Below are positions 29,292-38,685 of a stretch of 64,000 bases of DNA, piece after piece. The notes beneath the pieces are model-generated. The model did no database searches. It saw only the letters and a program-made list of their open reading frames with translations, and was not told the origin of the DNA. A program made the position numbers and the translations under genes. The DNA is taken from assembly GCA_041910335.1 (NCBI GenBank), contig JAYRRF010000024.1, positions 18,529-82,528 on the forward strand. The letters run 5' to 3'. Each line of letters starts with the position of its first letter. The first letter of the stretch is position 1. The stretch comes from Candidatus Moraniibacteriota bacterium. GTDB lineage: Bacteria > Patescibacteriota > Minisyncoccia > Moranbacterales > UBA1568.

Positions 29292-29846
29292 ATGAGTCAA
29301 TCTTACAAAAACTTCTGGAGTCTGAATACTGACGAGGCTGTAGTAACGGGAATTCTAAAGAGTGAGACCGAAAAACAAGTAGAGGTCCTGATGCCGCTCA
29401 ATGCCCAGATGAAAGGAATAGATCTTTTCTTGATGAACGTAAAAAATAAAAAGATTGTCTCAGTTCAGGTAAAAGGGAGTCGTGCGTACGAACCGAAGCC
29501 TACAGAAGTAAAAAAGTATGGAGCGGGTTCTACGGGCTGGTTCTTTCTTTCACAAGATGTATTTGATAAGTCTTCTGCAGACTTTTTTCTTTTTCTGGTG
29601 TATGTAATCTGTGATTCTAGTAAGACGGGTAAAAGAAGCATCGAAACACATACTATCACTATCCCTACCAAAAAAATTAAGGAACTATGTAAAAAATACA
29701 AAAAACCTCATCCAGATAGATATAGCTTTTATTTTTGGGTAAATCCAGAAGAGAAAAAAGCTTTTGACTTTAGAGATCAGTATTATGATGTGAGTCAGTA
29801 TCTAGACAAGAAAGGTTTTGAAGTCTTAAACAAAATTCTAAAATAG
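29292..29846 (+). CDS. Putative PD-(D/E)xK endonuclease
   Basis: GIDL...VSVQVKGSR catalytic-like spacing. Confidence 0.65.
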   Translation: MSQSYKNFWSLNTDEAVVTGILKSETEKQVEVLMPLNAQMKGIDLFLMNVKNKKIVSVQVKGSRAYEPKPTEVKKYGAGSTGWFFLSQDVFDKSSADFFLFLVYVICDSSKTGKRSIETHTITIPTKKIKELCKKYKKPHPDRYSFYFWVNPEEKKAFDFRDQYYDVSQYLDKKGFEVLNKILK

Positions 29847-29887
29847 GGACAGGGGGGTATTGTTAAAATTGATGGTCTTAAAAATAT

Positions 29888-30355
29888 ATGTCTAATATAA
29901 AATTTGCGCGGAATTTAGTGAAAGGAAAAATTGCTGAGACAGTATTTGCTCAGATGCTTCGTGATACTAAGGAGTTTACTGTGTTGGAGTTTGGCTATGA
30001 GAAAATTATCCCAGAGCTCGTGCAGCGTGGCGCCAAAGAGGGAGATAAGGAGCTGGAAACCTTGCGCACAGCACCAGACTTTGCAGTAATCAATAAGACG
30101 ACAAATAAAGTGCATCTTATCGAAGTAAAGTATCGTAAAACAAAAAAGAAAAGCGATATCTTGGCTATCGCCACGCGTATGACAAAATCTTGGAATCCAT
30201 CATATCTTTTCTTGGCTACTCAAGACGGATTCTATTTTGATGAAGTCCAAGAAATCATAAAAAATTGTGGCAATATAAAACCATTGGCGCATGAACACAT
30301 ACCACAAGAGTTACAAAAAGATTATTTAGAAATACTTAATGCTTTTGAAAAATAA
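29888..30355 (+). CDS. Putative PD-(D/E)xK endonuclease
   Basis: GKIAE...APDFAV...LIEVKYR. Confidence 0.75.
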   Translation: MSNIKFARNLVKGKIAETVFAQMLRDTKEFTVLEFGYEKIIPELVQRGAKEGDKELETLRTAPDFAVINKTTNKVHLIEVKYRKTKKKSDILAIATRMTKSWNPSYLFLATQDGFYFDEVQEIIKNCGNIKPLAHEHIPQELQKDYLEILNAFEK

Positions 30356-30400
30356 ACTAATTTGACTTTTGCTTTGATTCGATCAAAGATCAAAGCATAA

Positions 30401-30601
30401 ATGAAGAAATACAAAATTTTCCAAAGCACGCGTGCCAGTTTTGTGGCAGTGAACGAAAGTGGGCAGAGACCCTTATCGATGATGAGTTTTTTTTGGAATA
30501 AAGATACTAGCCAGTATGAGCCAAATAAATTTACTGATGATTTCGAGCATACAGGCAACGATAGATGTTCTCAGTGTAAGAGGAAGTGGACTGGGTTTTA
30601 A
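30401..30601 (+). CDS. Small hypothetical protein
   Basis: 66-aa ORF with C-terminal CxxC, in island orientation. Confidence 0.45.
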   Translation: MKKYKIFQSTRASFVAVNESGQRPLSMMSFFWNKDTSQYEPNKFTDDFEHTGNDRCSQCKRKWTGF

Positions 30602-30661
30602 GGACTGATTTTTGTTTTCTTTACTCAGAAAGAGTAAAATAAAGAGGTAATCATAAGTGCT

Positions 30662-30925
30662 ATGCGTATGGCAGAATCTCAGAAAAAACGTCACAATTGC
30701 GCGAGTTGCTTCATGCCTTTCAAGGAGGATCCGGGAGTGCGAGAGCATCCTGACTACTGTAGCTATTGCTATCGGAACGGTCAGCATAATGCTGATGGGT
30801 CTACTCTCAAGCATTTTCAGGAGATGTGCTATACCAATATGGTGAAAAATGGCTTACCTCAATGGAAAGCAAAATTCTTTGCTTGGACTATCCAGTTCGC
30901 TCCATACTGGAAAGGAAGAAAATAG
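30662..30925 (+). CDS. Zinc-ribbon domain protein (Zn_ribbon_2-like)
   Basis: CASCFMPF...DYCSYCYRNG. Confidence 0.75.
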   Translation: MRMAESQKKRHNCASCFMPFKEDPGVREHPDYCSYCYRNGQHNADGSTLKHFQEMCYTNMVKNGLPQWKAKFFAWTIQFAPYWKGRK

Positions 30926-30952
30926 CAAGTTTGTTTCAGTCATATAAAATCG

Positions 30953-30990
30953 AAGGCCCGGGTCACTGCAGTTGCAGGCCCGGGCTTTTC
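30953..30990. terminator. Terminator between convergent genes
   Basis: AAGGCCCGGGTC..TGCA..TGCAGGCCCGGGCTTTT hairpin. Confidence 0.65.
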
Positions 30991-30995
30991 GGTTC

Positions 30996-31268
30996 TCATT
31001 GACCAAAGCGTTCCTCGCTTCGGTAGTGACTGGCATAGGTCGACCTGAGGCCGTTTTTGCCTCGCTTCTGGAAGCGTTGCTCCCAGATGTCGAGTTCTTC
31101 TTGGCTCATCTGGTAGAAGATGAGGATGTTGTCAGGCGTGACAATGCCATCATGGATGGCACGGAGGATGACGGCTTTGCGCTCATACGTCATCCGTGCA
31201 TCAGGGGCGGGCAGACGACCATCCCTGACGAGTTCGTCGGGGGCGACCATGGATGCGAGACAGTTCAT
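30996..31268 (-). CDS. DUF1153 / SciP (CtrA inhibitor)-like protein
   Basis: LP..D.R...RKAVILRAIHDG...YQMSQEELDIWEQRFQKRGKNGLRSTYASHYR pattern; SD AAGGAG. Confidence 0.75.
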   Translation of the reverse strand: MNCLASMVAPDELVRDGRLPAPDARMTYERKAVILRAIHDGIVTPDNILIFYQMSQEELDIWEQRFQKRGKNGLRSTYASHYRSEERFGQ

Positions 31269-31339
31269 GTGAGCTCCTTCTCTTGAGAACAGGAATTCAT
31301 TAAAGCATGAGAAGGGGCGTCTGTCTAGAGAGTGAGAGG

Positions 31340-32548
31340 TCAGGCTTTTTTCTTGAAGAAAAGCATGTACCAGGAAGCGAGAGCGAAGCAGCTTCCAGTG
31401 ATGAATGGCATAGCAATGCCAAAGAAGCCAGAACCGAAGCCAGCAAGAAGAGGGATAGTACCTTGGGCAAGGGCCATGAGGGAGCCATTGATACCGAGGG
31501 CGACGCCTTGCTTACTCGGGCCGACGCTTTTACTCACCAGGGCGCTCATGTTGGCCATGGTGAGACCATTGGGGATAGCGAGAAGTGGGATGATGCTATA
31601 AATCCAGATGAGTGATGGCACGAATGGGTAGAGGGAGAGCGCGAAGGCCATGACGAGGATGGTGATGCGGAGAATCTGACGCTCTCGGTAGCGACGACTG
31701 ATGATGCGGAGGATGACTGCCTGAGTGATGATAATCCAAAAACCGACCGCACCGAAGAAAGTACCGATAGCACTCTCAGAGAGACCGAAGCGAGAGACGA
31801 GGAGTATGCCGATGAAAGAGGTGAAAAAAGCAAAGCCAGACGTGTAGAAAAAGCTCGCGATGTAGACTGGTCGAGCATCATGATCGCGCCACGCGGCCTG
31901 GATATTGTGGATGCCTTTCCAGAGGTGGAAGTTCTTTTCTTCTTTTCTGTTATGATGGGTCTCGGTGAGAAAGAGTGAGATGAAGACGACGTTGATGATA
32001 CCGAGAGCTGAGGCGAACCAAAAAGGTGCTGCGGCATTGCCACTGACTGAGACGATGAAGCCACCAAGCATCGGTCCGAGGATGAAGCCAATACCGACCG
32101 CCACACCGATGAGACCGAAGTTGCGGGCACGAAATTCAGGGAGAGTGATATCAGCGATACTGGCCTGAGCGACTGAGAAGTTGCCACCAGCAATACCAGC
32201 GATGATACGACTGATGAAGAGAATGAGGAGGGATCCAGTCTCTATCCCGAAGCCGAAGAGGAGTTGGGAGATGGCTAAGACGCCGACACCGAATGTGATA
32301 ATCTTCTTGCGACCATAGACATCTGAGAGTTCACCGAAAAGTGGGGCGGAGATGAACTGCATGAGCCCGAAGAGTGCCGTAAGAAGCCCAGCCATGGTGT
32401 ACTGTAGGCCAGTAGAATAGCCTTGAAGTATGAAGTCGGGTGAGCTCGGGTCGGTGAAGATGACTGGGATAATCGGGATGAGCATCCCGATACCGATCAT
32501 ATCGAGGAGGATAGTAGCGAAGAGAACGGGGAAAACTTTACGTGCCAT
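31340..32548 (-). CDS. MFS transporter, TetA/DHA1 family
   Basis: [14 protein letters not shown], motif [24 protein letters not shown]. Confidence 0.9.
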   Translation of the reverse strand: MARKVFPVLFATILLDMIGIGMLIPIIPVIFTDPSSPDFILQGYSTGLQYTMAGLLTALFGLMQFISAPLFGELSDVYGRKKIITFGVGVLAISQLLFGFGIETGSLLILFISRIIAGIAGGNFSVAQASIADITLPEFRARNFGLIGVAVGIGFILGPMLGGFIVSVSGNAAAPFWFASALGIINVVFISLFLTETHHNRKEEKNFHLWKGIHNIQAAWRDHDARPVYIASFFYTSGFAFFTSFIGILLVSRFGLSESAIGTFFGAVGFWIIITQAVILRIISRRYRERQILRITILVMAFALSLYPFVPSLIWIYSIIPLLAIPNGLTMANMSALVSKSVGPSKQGVALGINGSLMALAQGTIPLLAGFGSGFFGIAMPFITGSCFALASWYMLFFKKKA

Positions 32549-32554
32549 AGCGTT

Positions 32555-32644
32555 TTATGAATGGATGGATTGGAAGTAAATAAGAATGAGCGTGACAATG
32601 ACAAAACTCGCTACAACAGGTAGGAGAAAGAGAAGTGATTTCAT
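32555..32644 (-). CDS. 29-aa single-TM peptide upstream of the MFS gene
   Basis: MKSLLFLLPVVASFVIVTLILIYFQSIHS*; TGGTATAAT about 20 nt upstream; 6 nt before the MFS start. Confidence 0.45.
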   Translation of the reverse strand: MKSLLFLLPVVASFVIVTLILIYFQSIHS

Positions 32645-32709
32645 AATAGTTTGGTATGGCCTCATTATACCATCTTTCGGAAGTGCTTGGAGAGGAGTAT
32701 ACTAGAAGC

Positions 32710-33006
32710 ATGACTATCGAAATCCATCCACTCCTTCTCATTCTCTTCGCACTCATCAACGGAGTGGCTTTTGTCGTTATGTTGTGGGATAAGGCTCAGT
32801 CGATGCAGCAAGGCGCAGAACGCATCTCTGAGGGGATGTTGTTTTTCTTGGCGACCATTTTCGGAAGTGTCGGTATCTACGCTGGGATGATGCTCATCCG
32901 TCACAAGAGTCGTAAGTGGTACTTTCTGATCGGTATTCCGCTTCTCATCGCCGAAAACCTCGCCACTCTCTACGTCATCAATCTCTCTCTCAATAACGCA
33001 CTCTAA
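32710..33006 (+). CDS. DUF1294 membrane protein
   Basis: WDKAQS..GAERISEGML...GSVGIYAGMMLIRHKSRKWYF. Confidence 0.85.
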   Translation: MTIEIHPLLLILFALINGVAFVVMLWDKAQSMQQGAERISEGMLFFLATIFGSVGIYAGMMLIRHKSRKWYFLIGIPLLIAENLATLYVINLSLNNAL

Positions 33007-33031
33007 AATAATTCATTAATATAATAAGAGT

Positions 33032-33454
33032 ATGAATTTCTTAGTCATCCTCGGTTGTGGTGTGCTTGCCATGATTATCGGAGCACTATGGTACGGGCCA
33101 GTTCTTTTCGGGAAGGCATTCCTTCGGGCCAATGATTGGCCAGAATGGGAGTCTATGAGTGATGCAGAAAAGGAAGTCAAAATGAAAGAAATGAAATGGA
33201 TGTACCTCATCCAATTCGTCTTTGTCTTGCTCCAGGTCTTCATCCTTTCTAACATGATTCACTACTGGGCGGGTGCGTCTGGCGTGATCATCGCTTTCTT
33301 TATGTGGCTCGGCTTCATCATGCCGACTATTGCAGGCGGTGTCATTTGGAACATGAGTACACCGAAGAAGCGTATCACCTTATTCTGTATCATGAGTGGC
33401 TACCAGCTCGTCTGTATGCTCCTCTTCGGATACATCTTGAGTCACGTCGGCTAA
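33032..33454 (+). CDS. DUF1761 membrane protein
   Basis: AMIIGALWYGPVLFGKAF motif. Confidence 0.8.
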   Translation: MNFLVILGCGVLAMIIGALWYGPVLFGKAFLRANDWPEWESMSDAEKEVKMKEMKWMYLIQFVFVLLQVFILSNMIHYWAGASGVIIAFFMWLGFIMPTIAGGVIWNMSTPKKRITLFCIMSGYQLVCMLLFGYILSHVG

Positions 33455-33470
33455 ATCCCAGTAATTCTTT

Positions 33471-33779
33471 ATGGAGAGAAAAGAAAAAGTACCACACTAC
33501 TGGTTTCGACCAGTGCGGTTTTGGAAAATATGTGCCTGCTACTATCCGAGCTCGAGAGAGGGTGTCGGAGTGACGCTTTTTCTTGTCTTTTTGCTCGGAG
33601 CACTCTTTTACTTTATTGATATGGAGTCGCACTCAGTATCTGATACGTTGATACGTTTCGTACCCTGGCTCTTGGTCGGACTGCTGTTGTTTGACTTGTT
33701 CTGCTTTCGTTTTGGGGAGTACCCAGCCTGGTGGCGGGAGCACAAAAAACGACATCCTTTCTCAAAACACACCAAGTAA
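33471..33779 (+). CDS. Hypothetical membrane protein
   Basis: Two TM segments; operonic spacing. Confidence 0.65.
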   Translation: MERKEKVPHYWFRPVRFWKICACYYPSSREGVGVTLFLVFLLGALFYFIDMESHSVSDTLIRFVPWLLVGLLLFDLFCFRFGEYPAWWREHKKRHPFSKHTK

Positions 33780-33793
33780 CAATAACTAGAGAC

Positions 33794-34573
33794 ATGAAAA
33801 GATACATACTTATTATCATAGGGCTCGTGGTACTCGGAGGAGGCTGGTTTTGGTTGCATGGAGATAAGCAAAAACAAGCTACCACAGTAGAAGCTCCAAA
33901 GATAAATCAGGAAGAACAGCAAGCTAAGGCAAGCGAGCTGCTGGTAGGTATGTACACGGGTACATACAAGAAAAACGATGCCGAGACAGAAGTCATACTC
34001 GTCTTAGGTCAAGATAAGACGGCTACTTTGACGATAGCTACCACGTCAGTAGAGAAGGGTGGCTGGCAGTTTGGCGAAGCAGAGAAAATAGTAGTTGATA
34101 TCCCAGCATCGACGAAGTCATCGGAAGCCAAGAAGCTCGTGTTTGACTATGATACGACGGCAGGAACACTTGAGCTCGATGATTATGATAAAGATGTTTG
34201 GGGGAAAGGTGGACTTGATCTCTCAAAGACACTTGACTTGGTAGGGACGACGTGGGTATGGCTGGAGACCACCTTGGCCGATGGGACAGAAGTACAAGCC
34301 GATGATAAACGGTCGTTTCGCATCACTTTCGGAGAGAAAAACAAGCTTGAGCTTACCACTGACTGTAATCGAGTCTCCGCTAGCTATAAGACGAATAATC
34401 GAGACGAGCTGACTATCGCTCTGGGGGCGATGACAGAGATGGCTTGCGAGGGTTCACATGAAGGAGATTTCTTGAAGGAACTTGGGAGTGTCGAGATGTT
34501 TACTTTGGAAGGAAGTTCGTTGTGGCTTACTCTCAAAGACGAAACAGGGACAATGACATTCACTCGTCAGTAA
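33794..34573 (+). CDS. META domain protein, membrane-anchored
   Basis: N-terminal TM; LVGTTWVW...TDCNRVSASY...AMTEMAC. Confidence 0.8.
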   Translation: MKRYILIIIGLVVLGGGWFWLHGDKQKQATTVEAPKINQEEQQAKASELLVGMYTGTYKKNDAETEVILVLGQDKTATLTIATTSVEKGGWQFGEAEKIVVDIPASTKSSEAKKLVFDYDTTAGTLELDDYDKDVWGKGGLDLSKTLDLVGTTWVWLETTLADGTEVQADDKRSFRITFGEKNKLELTTDCNRVSASYKTNNRDELTIALGAMTEMACEGSHEGDFLKELGSVEMFTLEGSSLWLTLKDETGTMTFTRQ

Positions 34574-34583
34574 CCGCTGATGA

Positions 34584-34721
34584 CTAAAGTGAATCGATGA
34601 AGGGCTGGAGAGGGCTTTGTTTTGGGGTAGATGAATTCTTGTGTTTAGTTGGAAAAAGCCACAAGACTGTGATGAGGAAAAGGAGGCTAACGAGAAGCAA
34701 AGCGATGAGATTCTTGGGCAT
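34584..34721 (-). CDS. 45-aa single-TM peptide
   Basis: MPKNLIALLLVSLLFLITVLWLFPTK...; starts 5 nt after the stop of 34727-35026. Confidence 0.45.
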   Translation of the reverse strand: MPKNLIALLLVSLLFLITVLWLFPTKHKNSSTPKQSPLQPFIDSL

Positions 34722-34726
34722 GAGGT

Positions 34727-35026
34727 TTACTTACCAGTTGGACCAAGATCTGCCCAAGCATCATCGACACGGTCGATCTCTCTGAGACGATCAATTTCTT
34801 TGTCTGGATCAAGAATAGCAGCACGTACTTCATCATCAGTACGTCCGTGGAAACGATGTTTGCCTACTCTCTCGAAGTAGAGTTTCTCTAGGGCCTCACG
34901 ATCAAGGCTAGCCAAATCCAGCTCCGCCGTCTGTTCATCCACAGCATCCTCTTTTTTGGGAAGATTTAAATCGAGTTGCTCCTCAGGGGTTTCCATGAAG
35001 GAGAAATGAAATTGTTGTTCACCCAT
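34727..35026 (-). CDS. Acidic hypothetical protein
   Basis: MGEQQFHFSFMETPEEQ...; extended -10 TGCTATAAT upstream. Confidence 0.65.
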   Translation of the reverse strand: MGEQQFHFSFMETPEEQLDLNLPKKEDAVDEQTAELDLASLDREALEKLYFERVGKHRFHGRTDDEVRAAILDPDKEIDRLREIDRVDDAWADLGPTGK

Positions 35027-35108
35027 AGCAGTAGTTATTAGGCGTATTGATACGGTCATTATAGCATGGTTTGGCATGCTATACTTAAGGGTATTATAGA
35101 ACAAAAAT

Positions 35109-35846
35109 ATGACCAAAAATAACCTCATTTTCCTGGATACTGAGACGACCGGACTGACCCCAGAAGACCGTCTCTGTCAGCTTGCCTATACTTTTCAAGG
35201 AAAGGAATTCGAAGCTCTATTCAAGCCACCACTGCCAATTTCTATCGAAGCAATGTCGGTCACTCATATCACCAATCGCATGGTGGCTGATAAAGAGGTG
35301 TTTGCTGATTCCCGGGCGAAGTCAGAGCTCATCCATCTGTTAGGAGAGGGGAATATACTAGTCGCTCACAATGCACGATTTGATATCGATATGCTCAAGC
35401 GAGAAGGGGTAGAAGTAGGTAAGTATATCGACACCTTCAAGGTCGCCTATGCCTTGGATGAGCAAGGTGAGATCCCACGTTACGCATTGCAGTACCTTCG
35501 TTACTATTTCGACCTCGATGTATCGGAAGCGACAGCGCACAGTGCACTTGGCGATGTACGCGTACTAGTAGCAGTGTTTGACTTTCTGTTTGCCAAGATG
35601 ATGGTGGTGCACCAGGATGAAGACCGGGTCATCGAAGAGATGAGCGCCCTTTCTGATAAGCCTCTTCTCTTCCGCACTTTCACCTTCGGGAAGTATAGTG
35701 GGCAGTCTATCAAAGAAGTCGCTGCTAACGATCAGGGCTATATCGCCTGGCTCCTCAATCAAAAAATCATGAATCGTGAGAATGGTGGTGAAGATGATGA
35801 GAACTGGATTTATACACTCGACTATTATCTCGAAAAAACATCATGA
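35109..35846 (+). CDS. DEDDh 3'-5' exonuclease (ExoX/DnaQ-like)
   Basis: FLDTETTG, VAHNARFD, AHSALGDV, C-terminal FTFGKYSG. Confidence 0.9.
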   Translation: MTKNNLIFLDTETTGLTPEDRLCQLAYTFQGKEFEALFKPPLPISIEAMSVTHITNRMVADKEVFADSRAKSELIHLLGEGNILVAHNARFDIDMLKREGVEVGKYIDTFKVAYALDEQGEIPRYALQYLRYYFDLDVSEATAHSALGDVRVLVAVFDFLFAKMMVVHQDEDRVIEEMSALSDKPLLFRTFTFGKYSGQSIKEVAANDQGYIAWLLNQKIMNRENGGEDDENWIYTLDYYLEKTS

Positions 35847-37324
35847 TTCTCACCAAAACTGATTTCAAAGAACATCTCCTGTGTCACAAAAGTTTGTGGC
35901 TCAAAAAGAACAAGCCGGAGCTCTACACGCCAGGAGAGTTTTCTTTGTTTCTGCAAAAAATCTTGAAGGATGGTGATGAAGTAGAGTCATATGTACAGAG
36001 GCTTTTTCCTGAAGGGAAGATGATCCATGGTTCCAATCCAGTTTTGGTTGAGCGAACCAAGGAGCTTCTTCCAGATCAGGGGACGCTCTTTCAGGCAACG
36101 TTTGAGACGGTGGAAGAACTTTTTGCGAAGATAGATATTCTTCAGTGGAACCAAGAGACGGAGAAGTGGGATATCTATGAGGTGAAGGCAAGCACTGAGA
36201 TCAAGAGTGACCTCAAGCACAACCATCTCAAAGACATCACCTTCCAGACACTCGTCGTACGAGAGGTGCTCGGTCGAGAGATGGTAGGTGAAAGCACGCT
36301 CATCTATATCAATAAAGACTATCGCCGTGGTGAAGAACTGAATCTCGAAGAACTTTTCATTTTCGAAAACGTGACCGCGGCAGTCAATGAACAAGCTGGG
36401 GTGGTCTCTAGTGAGATGAACGAAGCACTCCAGCACCTTGGGCAAGAAGAGATCAATTATCAGACCTGCCCGTGTCTGTATCGGACCAATGGTCAGCGTT
36501 GTGATGCGTTCTTTTTCTTCAATCCTGATGTTCCTGCTTATTCAGTGCATCACATAGTGAGCGGAAAAAAACTTGAGGCACTACTCGATATGGGAGTGCT
36601 CAGTATCGAGTCGATTCCAGAAGATTTCAAGTTGACCGCTATTCAGCAGAGTAAGGTAGACTTGGTCAAAAATGGCCAGCCAAGAATTGATCTTGCTGGT
36701 ATCAAGGATGAGTTAGACGGACTGGTCTTCCCACTCTACTTTCTTGACTATGAGACCTATGGATCACCAATTCCGCTCTTACCTGGGTATAAGGCTAATC
36801 AGGCAGTGGTCTTTCAGGTGTCAGTCCACAAGCTTTCAGAAGACGGAGCACTCGAACATTTCGAATATCTTGCTGATGATTTTGTCTCTGCGACCGAAGG
36901 GCTGGTCGCCATGCTTCGTCAGACCATTGGTGAGACAGGGAGTATCATTGTGTGGTATGAGAGTTTTGAGAAGGGGCGTAATAAGGAGCTATCCGAGCTT
37001 CATCCAGAAGCGAGCGGGTTTTTTCTCCAGATGAATGAGCGCATCTTTGATCTGATGAAAGTGTTCACTCAATACTATGCTGATCCGAAGTTTGGTGGGA
37101 GTTTTTCTATCAAGAATGTGTTGCCAGTGTTGTTGCCAGCATTGTCGTATAAGAGTCTCGAAATCCAAAACGGTACCATGGCTCTTTCTGAGTGGGAGAA
37201 GATGGTGCGAGGCAATATGACACCAGAGTACCGGGCACAGGTACGAGAAAATCTTCTTCGTTACTGTGAGCTTGATACTCGTGCGATGGTAGAACTCTAT
37301 CAAGCATTGCAGAAAATGATCTAG
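35843..37324 (+). CDS. DUF2779 protein (N-terminal PD-(D/E)xK, C-terminal RNase H-like)
   Basis: AKIDIL...IYEVKAST; LYFLDYET, FDLMKVF, GSFSIKNVLP, YCELDT. Confidence 0.85.
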   Translation: MILTKTDFKEHLLCHKSLWLKKNKPELYTPGEFSLFLQKILKDGDEVESYVQRLFPEGKMIHGSNPVLVERTKELLPDQGTLFQATFETVEELFAKIDILQWNQETEKWDIYEVKASTEIKSDLKHNHLKDITFQTLVVREVLGREMVGESTLIYINKDYRRGEELNLEELFIFENVTAAVNEQAGVVSSEMNEALQHLGQEEINYQTCPCLYRTNGQRCDAFFFFNPDVPAYSVHHIVSGKKLEALLDMGVLSIESIPEDFKLTAIQQSKVDLVKNGQPRIDLAGIKDELDGLVFPLYFLDYETYGSPIPLLPGYKANQAVVFQVSVHKLSEDGALEHFEYLADDFVSATEGLVAMLRQTIGETGSIIVWYESFEKGRNKELSELHPEASGFFLQMNERIFDLMKVFTQYYADPKFGGSFSIKNVLPVLLPALSYKSLEIQNGTMALSEWEKMVRGNMTPEYRAQVRENLLRYCELDTRAMVELYQALQKMI

Positions 37325-37327
37325 TAT

Positions 37328-37570
37328 ATGCGAGTAGCAGTCACAGTCAAAACCAATGCGAGAGAAGAAAAAGTCACAGAATCACGTGGGGGTTCGGCCT
37401 CCAAGTATGGGCGAGAGTTAGTGGTGAGTGTGAAGGCAGTGCCGGTAGAAGGTAAAGCGAATGAGGCTCTGCGCAAAATACTCGCCAAGCACTTCAAGAC
37501 CAGTCCATCATGCATCACGTTGGTACGTGGCACAAGAAGTAAAGAAAAAGTTTTTGATATCCTTTTATGA
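37328..37570 (+). CDS. DUF167 (YggU-like) protein
   Basis: VKAVPVEGKANEAL...LVRGTRSKEK. Confidence 0.85.
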   Translation: MRVAVTVKTNAREEKVTESRGGSASKYGRELVVSVKAVPVEGKANEALRKILAKHFKTSPSCITLVRGTRSKEKVFDILL

Positions 37571-37860
37571 CCAAAGAGTATAAAATCAAGGCCAAAGTCT
37601 TCGTCTATAGCGTTGAGCCAGCGAGCTGGTATTTCGTCAGTATTGATAAAAAAATAACAGAAGAAATAAAAGCAAAAGCGAAGAAGAAAGTGGGGTTTAG
37701 TTTTGTACCAGTCGAGGTGACAGTAGGGAGGACGACTTGGCGGACAACCCTCTTCCCGACCAAGGAAGGTCCATATATACTGGCTCTCAAAAAGATAGTG
37801 CGACAAAAAGAAGATATCCGAGAAGGGGACATAGTGACTGTAAGATTTCATCTGGTTTAG
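37567..37860 (+). CDS. DUF1905 protein
   Basis: WYFV...VPVEVTVGRTTWRTTLFP...LKKIVRQKEDIREGD. Confidence 0.85.
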   Translation: MTKEYKIKAKVFVYSVEPASWYFVSIDKKITEEIKAKAKKKVGFSFVPVEVTVGRTTWRTTLFPTKEGPYILALKKIVRQKEDIREGDIVTVRFHLV

Positions 37861-37881
37861 CTAGCTGTTATACTGAAAAAT

Positions 37882-38682
37882 ATGCAAAAAATCGAAATCC
37901 AAAACCGTAAAGGTCAGAAAATAGTCGGACTCCTTAATTTACCAGAAGGTGTGACCAGAGGAACGGCAGTGATTCAGCATGGGTATGGTGGACTCAAAAG
38001 TCAGGCTCATATTCTTAAAATGGAACAAGCATTTCATGATAATGGTTTTGTGACGTTTAATTTTGATACAACGAATTCTTTCGGAGAAAGTGATGGTACA
38101 TACTGGGAGGCGAGACTCGGACTGCATGCCGAAGATCTTGAAGACGTCGTCAAATGGGTAGAGCAACAAGAGTGGTTCGTGAAACCTCTCGCGCTCACCG
38201 GGCATAGCATGGGTGGCTATGCAGTAGCACGGTATGCAGAACACTATCCAGAAGAGGTAGATATACTCGTACCAGTTGCACCAGTTGTCTCCGGTGAGCT
38301 TTCATGGGAAACTCATCAAGAACTTGAACCTGAGGCATTCAGGATTTTTCAAGAAAAAGGGTATAAGGAATCAGTCAGTCAGACTACAGGAATTGTGAAG
38401 AAATCTCCTTGGGCAGAAATGGAAGAGAGACTCGATCATGATCTTCTGCCGTTGGCTAAAAATCTCACTATGCCCACACTTCTAGTAGTAGGCTCACAAG
38501 ATGAAAGTTGCCGTCCTCAGGACATCAAGCTTCTTTACGATGCATTACCTATAAGCACGAAGAAAAATTATGTAGAGATAGAAGGTGCGCCGCATACTTA
38601 TCGTACAGAAGAACATCTACAGTCTCTTTACGATATAATAAACGATTGGCTGAAAGAAGTGGTTTTCAATAATGCCCAATAA
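37882..38682 (+). CDS. Alpha/beta hydrolase
   Basis: QHGYGG, GHSMGG, GSQD, GAPH triad. Confidence 0.9.
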   Translation: MQKIEIQNRKGQKIVGLLNLPEGVTRGTAVIQHGYGGLKSQAHILKMEQAFHDNGFVTFNFDTTNSFGESDGTYWEARLGLHAEDLEDVVKWVEQQEWFVKPLALTGHSMGGYAVARYAEHYPEEVDILVPVAPVVSGELSWETHQELEPEAFRIFQEKGYKESVSQTTGIVKKSPWAEMEERLDHDLLPLAKNLTMPTLLVVGSQDESCRPQDIKLLYDALPISTKKNYVEIEGAPHTYRTEEHLQSLYDIINDWLKEVVFNNAQ

Positions 38683-38685
38683 ATC

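Noticed and set aside
31546-32193. 215-aa Ser-rich minus-strand ORF
   Set aside because: Alternative frame inside the MFS gene, produced by codon bias
35843-37324. Cas4/CRISPR-associated gene
   Set aside because: The PD-(D/E)xK domain is part of the usual DUF2779 architecture; no array or cas operon nearby
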